Source: Candidatus Omnitrophota bacterium
Lineage (GTDB): Bacteria; Omnitrophota; Gorgyraeia; Zapsychrales; Aceulaceae
Assembly: GCA_029564765.1 (NCBI GenBank)
Contig: JAKQPK010000013.1
Coordinates: forward strand, 125,753-189,752
Direction: 5' to 3'
DNA length: 64,000 nt
Shown here: piece after piece, positions 29,472 to 38,970 of the stretch
How positions within the stretch are numbered: position 1 is the stretch's first letter
How the letters are laid out: each line of letters starts with the position of its first letter
The notes under the pieces: generated by a model
Told to the model about the DNA's origin: nothing
Seen by the model: the letters and a program-made list of their open reading frames with translations, nothing else
Databases searched by the model: none
Translations under genes and position numbers: made by a program

Positions 29472-29506
29472 AAAGGCCAAGGAGAGTTGTTCTCCTTGGC
29501 CTTTTT
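29472..29506. terminator. Bidirectional Rho-independent terminator
   Basis: AAAGGCCAAGGAGA-gttgt-TCTCCTTGGCCTTT with A/T tails, between convergent genes. Confidence 0.9.
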
Positions 29507-29516
29507 AAAGACGGAT

Positions 29517-30473
29517 CTATACGCCCAGCAGGGCTCTTAAGGTCGTTCGGGCGGTATCCATGATACCGTTGGACTTTGTGAAAAGATGATCGTATTCGTT
29601 GCTAAAGACAATATATTGCTTTTCAAATTCTTTATCGTTGAGGTTATCCATTTTCTTAGGCTGTTTGATCTCTCGCCAGAGCAATGATAACATCCGTTCG
29701 ATCCGCTCGATCTGGTCGATACAGCTTCGGTAATTTCTGAACGATTTGTTATCGGACAGGGTTCCCAAAAGAGGCGTGGCGATATTGTACCGCCATTTGG
29801 CCTCATCATAATTCCAGCTTTTAATAAGAAAATTTAATGTTTGCTCATAAGCAAAGTTTCGATGATTGATGATCAGATCGCGCAGGACAGATGTCTTGAT
29901 GTTCAAGAATTCTGACCTTGGCCTGTTCAGAGGTAACGATTTAATGCTCTTCGATATTTCCGGGAACCAGTTAGCCAGAAGAGAATATGTCCCGTACGTG
30001 TCAACCAAACTTTTAGCGCTATATTGATCACCGGTACGAAAATCCCCGATCGCGATATCCGCTTCCGAGGTTTCGATAAAACTGCTGAGATTCTCGTAAA
30101 AGTCCGTGTCTTCTTCCACAAAGTCAATATCGCCAGGTATCTGAACGATCCTTTCAACGTTGGGGTGATTATCTAGGATGTGCCCCCACCCCGCGAGCCA
30201 TGTCTGGCATGTATCCACGGACCATGTCTGCAGGATCTCGAGATTTCCACATCGTTCATCTTTTAGGAAAGACGCGGCATGCTGGCGGATAATAGTATCT
30301 CTGGGCAGGACAACGATCGGTTTTGGGTCGATCTCTTTGCACTTATCGATGGTCCACCAGAAATACCATTCACACTTTTTATTGTTCTCATACCCCAGAT
30401 AGGGGAAGATGATCAATGGTTTTGCGTTCATATGTTTTGAGTTAGTCTTTTTAACCATGCTGTTATCGATCAA
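29517..30473 (-). CDS. Hypothetical protein, possibly GT-A glycosyltransferase-like fold
   Basis: 318-aa ORF 5 nt downstream of the MFS gene; LIIFPY, IVQIPGDID (DxD-like) and DIAIGD; family assignment tentative. Confidence 0.5.
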   Translation of the reverse strand: MIDNSMVKKTNSKHMNAKPLIIFPYLGYENNKKCEWYFWWTIDKCKEIDPKPIVVLPRDTIIRQHAASFLKDERCGNLEILQTWSVDTCQTWLAGWGHILDNHPNVERIVQIPGDIDFVEEDTDFYENLSSFIETSEADIAIGDFRTGDQYSAKSLVDTYGTYSLLANWFPEISKSIKSLPLNRPRSEFLNIKTSVLRDLIINHRNFAYEQTLNFLIKSWNYDEAKWRYNIATPLLGTLSDNKSFRNYRSCIDQIERIERMLSLLWREIKQPKKMDNLNDKEFEKQYIVFSNEYDHLFTKSNGIMDTARTTLRALLGV

Positions 30474-30478
30474 TGGTT

Positions 30479-31933
30479 TTAAGCCTTTCCTCTGCGTTGT
30501 TCAAGCTGCTTGCGAATATCATACGCCTTTTCTTCAGAGATTTCAAATCGCATGATAATAAAGATCGCCACGAGCGATGTGACGATCGGAATGCCAACAT
30601 CGCAAACCCTCATCCAGAATAAAGCGTTGACCGACTGCCCAAGCCCTAGAGATTCTTTGAATCCTATAACATTGAACATGACCCCTGCAATCAGCGAGGC
30701 GAGCGCCACGCCCAATTTGACCATCCACCAGTAGACGGCGCTAAACGTCCCTTCACGTCGTTCGCCGGTATTGAGCTCATCCAGATCGCAGACATCGGCG
30801 ACCATGGAATTCATCAAGGTAAAAAGCGAACCTAAGCCGAAGGTGACAAAAGGAGCCGCGATGAATAGTAGATAAGGATTGTTCGGGTTGTATCCGATCC
30901 ATTTTAAGGCATAACCGATGATCGAAAGAGGAATGGTAATAAAGAAAGTATTACGCTTTCCTATGCGAGCAGAGAAACGAGCGGTTAGATAAATAACACC
31001 CATACTGCATAGCGCGCTAAATGACCCATACCACCCCAGCAATGTTCCACCTTTGGAATAGGCTTCGCCAATAGAGGCAGCCCCCTGATAAACATAAAAG
31101 AAAACAATGTACGCGGTAAAAGAGGACGCCAGCATAAAGCCGCCAAAGATCAGCAAAGTCGCTAGGCACAATTTGACGAACGGCCAGCATTGCAAGGCGA
31201 TACCTACGCCCTTGAAAAATTTTTTCATGACATTTAAGGCACCGCCGACATCAGGTTTTGGCAGTTTACCAAAATGTTCTTTGTTAAAAAGAGCTGGGAA
31301 AACACCTCCAAAGATCAAGCAGGCCCCAATAATGATCGCCAGAACGCGCACACCATGCACGCCATCTTTAAACCACGCGGCATTATGCATGATTGGCCAG
31401 CTCCAGGGAGCGATGAACCATGGCAGCTGCCCGACAAAACTGCTGGCCGCCTGCAGACGGGTGCGTTCATGATAATCAGGCGTCATTTCATATCCCAGCG
31501 CGATCCACGGAATAGAGAAGCACGTAAAGCAAATAAAGAATAAAAGCTGGAAGGATAGAAAATAAGTAAAATAGAACATTTCGCTATGCCCTTTGTGAAG
31601 CTGGAACATCAGGGCAAAGAGGATGCCTCCGGTGATCGCGCCAAACAAGATCAAAGGCCTGCGGCGGCCCCAAGGAGTCCTTAGATTATCAGAAAAATAG
31701 CCTGTGACTGGGTCTGATACCGCGTCAAAGATGCGGGGAAGAAATCCGATAAAGCCGACCAGGGCAGGGTTGATCCCAAGCCCAAGGTTCAAGATCATGA
31801 CCATTTGTCCCGCGAATGCGGATTGAGCAGTGTTGGCAAAAGCTCCCATGCTATAGGCGGCTTTCTGGAAGAACGAGATACGGTCTTCCTTCGCGGTGAC
31901 ATGGTGCGCTGCCTGGTGAGCTGCATTTCCCAT
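30479..31933 (-). CDS. MFS glycoside-pentoside-hexuronide (GPH) cation symporter
   Basis: FDAVSDPVTGYFSDN.RT.WGRRRP, EMTPDYHERT and DVCDLDELNTGERREG. Confidence 0.93.
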   Translation of the reverse strand: MGNAAHQAAHHVTAKEDRISFFQKAAYSMGAFANTAQSAFAGQMVMILNLGLGINPALVGFIGFLPRIFDAVSDPVTGYFSDNLRTPWGRRRPLILFGAITGGILFALMFQLHKGHSEMFYFTYFLSFQLLFFICFTCFSIPWIALGYEMTPDYHERTRLQAASSFVGQLPWFIAPWSWPIMHNAAWFKDGVHGVRVLAIIIGACLIFGGVFPALFNKEHFGKLPKPDVGGALNVMKKFFKGVGIALQCWPFVKLCLATLLIFGGFMLASSFTAYIVFFYVYQGAASIGEAYSKGGTLLGWYGSFSALCSMGVIYLTARFSARIGKRNTFFITIPLSIIGYALKWIGYNPNNPYLLFIAAPFVTFGLGSLFTLMNSMVADVCDLDELNTGERREGTFSAVYWWMVKLGVALASLIAGVMFNVIGFKESLGLGQSVNALFWMRVCDVGIPIVTSLVAIFIIMRFEISEEKAYDIRKQLEQRRGKA

Positions 31934-32218
31934 CCATTACCTCTTTTCTGTTTAAGATGAATACGATATTGATCCTGTGCGGCAAATAAGTTTTGATTAT
32001 AACAAACTAATTTCACGCGCACAACCAATTTATCACAAAGCGTGTAAGGCCGTAGGTGATAGGCTCTTACCGTGAAAAAAGACTTCCAATATATATATAT
32101 TGATATAAAATATATAAATATTTTATAAATCGTTCCATGTCTTTAGCCCCTTAGGCTAAGAAGTGGTATTAGCGATAAACAGATCAAAGAAAGCCCTTGA
32201 ACATTTAACGAGAGACCT

Positions 32219-34690
32219 ATGAGCTACGATATCAACGAGATAAAGAAAATTGAATCTAAATGGCAAAAGGCCTGGAAAGACAATAAGACCTTTAGCGCCA
32301 CAAACGACACCTCCAAGCCTAAATATTATTGTTTAGAGATGTTCCCGTATCCATCGGGCAAGATCCATATGGGTCATGTACGCAATTACACGATCGCCGA
32401 TGTCATTGCCCGCATGAAGAAAATGCAAGGCTTTAATGTCTTGCACCCTATTGGCTATGATGCCTTTGGCCAGCCGGCCGAGAATGCCGCCATCAAGCAT
32501 AAGACCGATCCTGCCAAGTGGACCTATCGCTGTATCAGCGAAATGCATGAAGGTTTTGAAAAAATGGGATTTTCCTATGATTGGGATAGAGAGATCGCCA
32601 CTTGCGATAAGGCCTATTACAAATGGAATCAATGGATATTCTTAAAGATGATGGAAAAAGGCCTTGCGTACAAAAAGGCTTCCGCTGTTAACTGGTGTCC
32701 AAGCTGTGAAACAACGCTTGCCAACGAAGAAGTCATTAATGGCGGATGTTGGCGTTGTAAATCAGAAGTTGTGCAAAAAGATCTCGATCAGTGGTACTTG
32801 AAGATCACGCATTACAGCGAAAAACTTTTGGAAGACCTTGATACATTAAAAGAATGGCCTTCACGTGTTGTTGCAATGCAAAAGAATTGGATCGGCAAAA
32901 GTCTGGGCGTAGAGATTTTCTTTAAAGTGGAAAAGACCGGTGAGACTCTGCCGGTTTTCACGACACGCCAGGACACGATCTTCGGGGCGACCTATGTCGT
33001 TTTAGCGCCGGAGCATCCTCTGGTTGCCAAGCTTGTTAAAGGTACTCCTAAAGAAAAAGAAGTTTTTGATTTTATTAAAAAGATCAGTCTTGTCAGTAAA
33101 GCTGACCGTGTGGCCGAAGGCTTGAAAAAAGAAGGGATCTTTACCGGGCTTTACGCGATCAATCCGGTCAATAATGAACACATTCCGATCTGGATCGCGG
33201 ATTATGTTTTGATGGAATATGGCACTGGGGCTATCATGGCTGTCCCGACGCATGACCAGCGTGATTTTCTTTTTGCCAAAGAGCACGGATTGCCGATGCG
33301 TATTGTTATTCAAGACCCTAAGCGGCCTAATATCGCTTCAGAAGGCCTGACAGAAGCCTATACAGCTGAAGGCGCGCTTGTCAATAGCGCGCGATTTAAC
33401 GGCATGAACAATGTCGAGTCGTTGCAAAAAATTGCCGAATGGATGGAGCAAGAAAAAATCGGCAAAGCTGTGACACATTGGCGTTTGCGTGATTGGCTTA
33501 TCTCCCGTCAGCGGTATTGGGGAACGCCGATTCCTGTTGTTTATTGCGATGCCTGCGGTATTGTTCCTGTGCCGGAAAAAGACCTGCCGGTTGTCTTGCC
33601 AGAAGATATCAAGATCACGGGTGAAGGCGGAAGTCCTTTGGCTAAGAGTGAGAAGTTCGTTCATGTTAAGTGTCCTAAGTGCGGTAAGCCAGCCCATCGC
33701 GAGACCGACACCATGGCGACATTCTTTGATTCCTCTTGGTATTTTTTGCGTTATACGGACGCGCACAACGACAAAGAGATATTTAACAAGGCGTTGGCCA
33801 AATATTGGATGCCGGTAGATCAATACATTGGCGGTATTGAGCATGCGATCTTGCATCTTTTGTACTCTCGTTTCTTCACGAAATTCTTTAAAGATCTTGG
33901 TCTTATCAATTTCGATGAGCCTTTTACGCGATTGCTCACTCAAGGCATGGTCTTAAAAGACGGCGAGGTCATGAGCAAGTCCAAGGGCAACACCGTTGAT
34001 CCTGATGCCGTGATCAGCAAATACGGTGCGGATACGCTGCGGCTTTTTATTTTGTTTGCCGCACCTCCTGAAGATCAGCTGGAGTGGAACGACGGCGCGA
34101 TTGATGGTTCATGGAGATTTTTAGCCCGCGTTTGGAGTTTAATTGAAAATGGTTATGTTAAGGGCGCCCTGTCGGGCGCCCCAGATAACAGTTCAAAAGC
34201 CCTTGAACGTGAACGCCACATCGCTATCAAAAAGTTTACCGAAGACATTGAGCGCGGATTTAAATTTAACACCTCTATCAGTAGTCTTATGGTTTTCCTC
34301 AACAAGCTTGAGCAATATGTGAAGGAGAAAAAAGACAACGTTGATCAGCCGACGTTAAACAAAAGCCTTGAGACCCTGGTGCTGCTGTTGTCTGTCATGA
34401 CGCCTTTTATGTGCGAAGAGATGTGGCAGAAGATGGGTCATAAAGATAAGAGTATTAGTGATGTGCCATGGCCTCAAGTAGATGAAAAAGCTCTACAGCT
34501 TGAGAATGCCTCGATCGTTGTCCAGATCAATGGCAAGCTGCGCGGTAAATTCGATGTGCCGCTTGATTGCCCTGAAGATAAGCTTAGAGAAATTATTTTT
34601 GCCGATGAGAAGATCAAAACACACCTTGCCGGCAAGGACATCAAGCGTTTCATCGTTGTTGCGAACAAGATCGTGAATATTGTGGCGTGA
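32219..34690 (+). CDS. leuS: Leucine--tRNA ligase
   Basis: [46 protein letters not shown] and VQINGKLRG. Confidence 0.98.
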   Translation: MSYDINEIKKIESKWQKAWKDNKTFSATNDTSKPKYYCLEMFPYPSGKIHMGHVRNYTIADVIARMKKMQGFNVLHPIGYDAFGQPAENAAIKHKTDPAKWTYRCISEMHEGFEKMGFSYDWDREIATCDKAYYKWNQWIFLKMMEKGLAYKKASAVNWCPSCETTLANEEVINGGCWRCKSEVVQKDLDQWYLKITHYSEKLLEDLDTLKEWPSRVVAMQKNWIGKSLGVEIFFKVEKTGETLPVFTTRQDTIFGATYVVLAPEHPLVAKLVKGTPKEKEVFDFIKKISLVSKADRVAEGLKKEGIFTGLYAINPVNNEHIPIWIADYVLMEYGTGAIMAVPTHDQRDFLFAKEHGLPMRIVIQDPKRPNIASEGLTEAYTAEGALVNSARFNGMNNVESLQKIAEWMEQEKIGKAVTHWRLRDWLISRQRYWGTPIPVVYCDACGIVPVPEKDLPVVLPEDIKITGEGGSPLAKSEKFVHVKCPKCGKPAHRETDTMATFFDSSWYFLRYTDAHNDKEIFNKALAKYWMPVDQYIGGIEHAILHLLYSRFFTKFFKDLGLINFDEPFTRLLTQGMVLKDGEVMSKSKGNTVDPDAVISKYGADTLRLFILFAAPPEDQLEWNDGAIDGSWRFLARVWSLIENGYVKGALSGAPDNSSKALERERHIAIKKFTEDIERGFKFNTSISSLMVFLNKLEQYVKEKKDNVDQPTLNKSLETLVLLLSVMTPFMCEEMWQKMGHKDKSISDVPWPQVDEKALQLENASIVVQINGKLRGKFDVPLDCPEDKLREIIFADEKIKTHLAGKDIKRFIVVANKIVNIVA

Positions 34691-34790
34691 TCAAGAAAGC
34701 CCCGCGGTTATTTGTCTGCCTTTTGGCAGGAAAGTAGTCTGGGGTAAATTCAGCCAGATAGCTTAGGAAGCGCTGGCGCTTCGTAAGCTA
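34644..34790 (+). repeat. Copy 1 of direct repeat: leuS 3' end plus downstream palindromic element
   Basis: 34644-34708 matches 35234-35298 at 62/65 nt; CTGGGGTAAATTC and a CGCT-centred hairpin follow in both copies. Confidence 0.9.
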
Positions 34791-34818
34791 TGGTTTTTTA
34801 AAAGGATCGAGGAGAAGC

Positions 34819-35235
34819 ATGTCAACATTTCTTTGGGAGCCCAGTTTTGAAGTTAATATTAAGATTATTGATGAGCAACATAAGAAATTAGTGGAAACCG
34901 TTAACATCCTTTATGATTCGATCGTTTCAGGCGAAAGCTCAAAAGTTTTATTTACCATTTTTGAGCGTATGGTGGAATACGTAACGTTTCATTTTGAAAC
35001 TGAAGAAGAGCTAATGGTTAGGCTAAGCTTTCCAGGCTTCCAAGAACACAAGCATGAGCACGAGGAATGCACAAAAAAAGTTCTAGAATTTAAACATAAA
35101 TTCGAGAATGGAGAAAAAACGATCTCCATTGAATTAATTTCTTTTTTAGTTGATTGGATTCACCACCACCTTTTGTGTGTAGATATGAAGTACGCTGCAT
35201 TTTTTAAAGAAAAAGGAATTACTCCAAGAGCGTAG
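34819..35235 (+). CDS. Single-domain bacteriohemerythrin
   Basis: W...FEVNIKIIDEQHKKL, HFETEE, EHKHEH and WIHHHLLCVD: the full di-iron ligand set. Confidence 0.95.
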   Translation: MSTFLWEPSFEVNIKIIDEQHKKLVETVNILYDSIVSGESSKVLFTIFERMVEYVTFHFETEEELMVRLSFPGFQEHKHEHEECTKKVLEFKHKFENGEKTISIELISFLVDWIHHHLLCVDMKYAAFFKEKGITPRA

Positions 35236-35362
35236 CGTTTCATCGTCGTTGCGAACAAGATCGTGAATATTGTGGCGTGATCAAGGAAGCCCCGTGGTCG
35301 CTGGCGTTCCCTGGGGTAAATTCGCTCAGCAAACTTATGTTCGCTGACGCTCCATAAGATTG
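35234..35362 (+). repeat. Copy 2 of direct repeat (non-coding duplicate of the last ~15 leuS codons plus palindromic element)
   Basis: AGCGTTTCATCGTCGTTGCGAACAAGATCGTGAATATTGTGGCGTGATCAAG..., 590 bp after copy 1. Confidence 0.9.
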
Positions 35363-35372
35363 GACCTCATTT

Positions 35373-36659
35373 ATGAAATTTATCGCTGATCTCCACATCC
35401 ACTCTAAATACTCCCGCGCGACGAGCAAAGACCTCACTCCTGAACAACTATATTTCTGGGCGCAACTCAAAGGCATAACCGTCGTTGGCACAGGGGATTT
35501 TTTGCATCCGGGTTGGCTAAAAGAATTAAAGACAAAGCTTGAGCCGGCAGAAGAAGGGCTTTTTCAGCTCAAAAAAGAATACGCAAGCGAGATAGATATG
35601 CAGGTCCCGGCTTCTTGCAAAGCTCCCGTGCGTTTTATTTTAAGCGCAGAAGTCGCCAATATTTATAAACGTTTAGATAAGGTGCGCAAAGTTCATAATG
35701 TTATTTTCGCGCCCAGCTTTGATGTCGCGCAGAATTTACAAAAACGTATTGAAAAGATTGGCAACATCCGCTCTGACGGACGTCCTATTTTAGGATTAGA
35801 TTCGCGAGATCTCTTGGAAATTACCCTCGAATCACATCCGCAATCTTTTTTAGTGCCGGCACACATTTGGACACCGTGGTTTTCCATGCTTGGCTCCAAA
35901 GGGGGTTTTGATAAGATGGAAGATTGCTATGGAGATCTCACGAAATATATTTTCGCGTTGGAAACAGGACTTTCATCAGACCCTCTGATGAATTGGCGCC
36001 TAAGCCAGCTGGACCAATGTGTCTTGATTTCAAATTCTGATGCGCATTCAGCGCCCAAGCTTGGCCGCGAAGCGAATATTTTTGACACAGAACTATCGTA
36101 TGCGGGGATCTTTCTAGGCTTATCCCAAGATAGCAACAAAGGATTCTTAGGCACGATCGAATTTTTTCCTGAGGAAGGGAAGTATCATTACGATGGCCAT
36201 CGGGATTGCGATGTGTGTTTAACTCCCAAAGAAACAATTAAAAATAAAGGGCTGTGCCCTAAATGCGGTAAGCCTGTGACGGTGGGGGTCATGGCGCGGG
36301 TGGAAGAACTGGCGGATCGCCCTGAAGGCCAGAAGGGTGCGCGCTCGCGTCCTTATAAGAGTTTGATCCAGCTTGAAACAATTATTGCCGAAGGCAAGGG
36401 CGTCGGGCCGGCATCCAAGCCTGTTCAGGAACTTTTTTACCGCATGCTGTCAAAGATAGGCAATGAACTCAGTATTTTAAATGAGGTTCCTTTAGAGGCA
36501 ATTAAAAAAACTGGTGGCGCGCTTTTGGCCGAAGGTATTTCTCGCATGCGCCAAGGCAAAGTTTCCATCGCTCCCGGTTATGATGGCGAGTACGGCGTGA
36601 TCAGTTTGTTTTCTGATAAAGAGCGAGCGACAAAAAAAGAACAGCTGACGTTGTTTTAA
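35373..36659 (+). CDS. Endonuclease Q family (PHP domain + Zn finger) DNA repair protein
   Basis: ADLHIHSKYS, GTGDFLHP, PAHIWTPW, SNSDAHS, GKYHYDGHRDC..C, CPKC and PGYDGEYG. Confidence 0.88.
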   Translation: MKFIADLHIHSKYSRATSKDLTPEQLYFWAQLKGITVVGTGDFLHPGWLKELKTKLEPAEEGLFQLKKEYASEIDMQVPASCKAPVRFILSAEVANIYKRLDKVRKVHNVIFAPSFDVAQNLQKRIEKIGNIRSDGRPILGLDSRDLLEITLESHPQSFLVPAHIWTPWFSMLGSKGGFDKMEDCYGDLTKYIFALETGLSSDPLMNWRLSQLDQCVLISNSDAHSAPKLGREANIFDTELSYAGIFLGLSQDSNKGFLGTIEFFPEEGKYHYDGHRDCDVCLTPKETIKNKGLCPKCGKPVTVGVMARVEELADRPEGQKGARSRPYKSLIQLETIIAEGKGVGPASKPVQELFYRMLSKIGNELSILNEVPLEAIKKTGGALLAEGISRMRQGKVSIAPGYDGEYGVISLFSDKERATKKEQLTLF

Positions 36660-36951
36660 ATGTAGTTGTCTGAGGGCATGTTAGCATTATCCTTCGCTCA
36701 GACAACCTTCGTCGTCATTTTTCTAAGAAATTAAGAAAAGTAGACGACTATGGAAACTCCCGAGAGGACAAAGTTAGTATGCCTTTTAATGCAGACAGCA
36801 ACAAAGAGATTGCGTTGATTCAAGAAGGCAAGTGTTCCAAGAAAAGACTGGGCAAGCTCACAGGCAGTTGCGAAAAGATTTCTATTGTGTTTTTTGCGAT
36901 TCTTGATATTTTTAAGGCGTTCTTTTGAGCCAGAGCAAGCGAGAGTGATAT

Positions 36952-38631
36952 ATGCAGCGACCGATTGATGTTAATGCCACGCAGTGGCAAGCCGTAACCC
37001 ATACGGCGCAAAACCTTCTGATCGTTGCCGGCCCCGGCACAGGAAAAACCCACACCCTTATTTATCGTATTCTTTACGCGTTCGAAAGCCTTTCTGACGA
37101 TAAAAGAATTCTCGCTGTCACTTTCACTAATAAATCCGCGCAAGAAATGCGTACACGCCTTGCTCGCTATTTGCCATCATCCGCCCAACGCGTGGATGTT
37201 GGGACATTCCATAGTTTTTGCCTATCTCTGTTGCGTGAACATACCCGCAAAGCAAAGCTGCCCGAAGGTTTTCGTGTGGCTGGACGAAATGAAACGGTCC
37301 AGATCGCTAAGAAAATATGGCGAGGCAAGAAGGTAAAAGAAATTGAGGAGATCCTTAAAAGTATATCTTGGCAAAAGAATACGCAAGAAGGCGAGATGTC
37401 TTCGCGCGCGGTTACTTTGTGGGAGGCGATGCGGCAAGAAAAGCTTTTGGACTTTGACGATATTCTCTTTGATGCCGTTCAGTTGTTGCGTGATAACGGT
37501 GAGATTCGAGCGCAAATGCAAGCACAATACAGTTGTATTTGTGTTGATGAATATCAAGATATCAATTTTATCCAACATCAATTGCTCAAGTTTTTGAAAG
37601 GGTCTCAATGCGCTTTGACTGCGATCGGGGATCCGCGGCAAGCCATTTATGGATTTCGAGGAAGCGATGTCAAATTTTTTCACTCGTTCACTGAGGATTT
37701 CGCGCCCGCGCGAACCTTATCGCTATCTGATAATTATCGCGCCAGTGAAAACCTGCTGAAAGCCGCTGGCCAGGTCATTGAACGATCGAGTACCGTAAAT
37801 TTTACTCCGCTTGTCGCGCGTATCCATGCCCAGGGGCGTCTGACCGTCTATCAAGCTGCGAGCGAGCGGGCTGAAGCGGAATATATTGTCCACGAGATCG
37901 AAAAATTGATCGGAGGCACGAGCTTTTTTTCGAAAGATTCTAAGCGTGTTGGCGTGTGCGAGGCAGAAGGTTTTACTTTCGCGGATACCGCGATCCTCTG
38001 CCGATTAAAGAGCCAGCAGCGCGTGATCATCGAAGCCTTGGAGCGAAGCGGTATCCCTTATCAGGTTTGCGGCGCGCGGCCTTTATTCGAAGAGCCTGAG
38101 ATCGCGGATATGATCGAAGCTCTTTGCGCGATGTCAGAGCAACCCCTAGAAAAAATTACGCAGTATCTTTCTATCCGCAAGAACGACAGCAAAGCTTACG
38201 CACGCTTGGTCGAGCTTGCGCAAGGCGCGGCCGATACTCCGCAATTCCTTTCCGAGATATTCCTGCAGCGTGAGGATGATAACTATGAGGTGAAAGCCGA
38301 GAAGGTATCTGTTCTGACGATGCACGCGGCCAAGGGGCTGGAGTTTGCCGTCGTGTTTATCGCGGGCTGCGAAGAGAACATTATCCCTTTAAGCCAAGAT
38401 CTTGCTGGCCTTGAAGAGGAGAGGCGCTTATTCTATGTCGCTATGACGCGCGCGAAAACTCTGTTGTATCTGACGCGTACTGCTCAACGACTGCGCCATG
38501 GTAAAATTCGGGCCGCGCAAACCTCGCGTTTCTTGGCGGACATTGAAGACCAGCTAAAAGACCTGCAGCAGAGGCCAGCACGTAAGCCCACAGACAAACA
38601 CAGCCAATTAGACTTTTTTGGGAAGCGATGA
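36952..38631 (+). CDS. UvrD/Rep (SF1A) helicase, shortened
   Basis: AGPGTGKT, VTFTNK, VDEYQD, IGDPRQAIYGFRG, NYR, TMHAAKGLEF and EERRLFYVAMTRAK. Confidence 0.93.
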   Translation: MQRPIDVNATQWQAVTHTAQNLLIVAGPGTGKTHTLIYRILYAFESLSDDKRILAVTFTNKSAQEMRTRLARYLPSSAQRVDVGTFHSFCLSLLREHTRKAKLPEGFRVAGRNETVQIAKKIWRGKKVKEIEEILKSISWQKNTQEGEMSSRAVTLWEAMRQEKLLDFDDILFDAVQLLRDNGEIRAQMQAQYSCICVDEYQDINFIQHQLLKFLKGSQCALTAIGDPRQAIYGFRGSDVKFFHSFTEDFAPARTLSLSDNYRASENLLKAAGQVIERSSTVNFTPLVARIHAQGRLTVYQAASERAEAEYIVHEIEKLIGGTSFFSKDSKRVGVCEAEGFTFADTAILCRLKSQQRVIIEALERSGIPYQVCGARPLFEEPEIADMIEALCAMSEQPLEKITQYLSIRKNDSKAYARLVELAQGAADTPQFLSEIFLQREDDNYEVKAEKVSVLTMHAAKGLEFAVVFIAGCEENIIPLSQDLAGLEEERRLFYVAMTRAKTLLYLTRTAQRLRHGKIRAAQTSRFLADIEDQLKDLQQRPARKPTDKHSQLDFFGKR

Positions 38632-38969
38632 TCGTTTTAACGCGTAAAGAACGTTTGGTCCTTGTTGTTTTGAGCGTGTCGATCGCGGCAGGGTCTTTGG
38701 CCAGATACCTTTTTAGATCTTTTCCTGCTAGTCAAAAGATCTTTAATGTTGCTAATGATTATCATGAGCACTTGAGGCTTGATGTCAACCGCGCCAGCGT
38801 TGATGATCTGAAGGCGATCCCGTATTTAGGCGAACAACTTGCCAGGCGCATCATCGCTTATCGTCAACAAAAAGGACACATTCAGGGCCTTAATGAGCTG
38901 AGCACGATCAAAGGCGTTGGCACTTTTAAATGGCAGATCATCAAAAAACATCTCATGGTCCGTCCCTGA
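38628..38969 (+). CDS. comEA: ComEA-like helix-hairpin-helix DNA-binding protein
   Basis: N-terminal TM; DVNRAS..L.AIPYLG...A.RII.YR...G...L..IKGVG. Confidence 0.85.
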   Translation: MIVLTRKERLVLVVLSVSIAAGSLARYLFRSFPASQKIFNVANDYHEHLRLDVNRASVDDLKAIPYLGEQLARRIIAYRQQKGHIQGLNELSTIKGVGTFKWQIIKKHLMVRP

Positions 38970-38970
38970 T

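Noticed and set aside
31934-32218. T-box or attenuator upstream of leuS
   Set aside because: AT-rich divergent promoter region with two short hairpins, but no AGGTGGNACCGCG T-box motif and no leader peptide.
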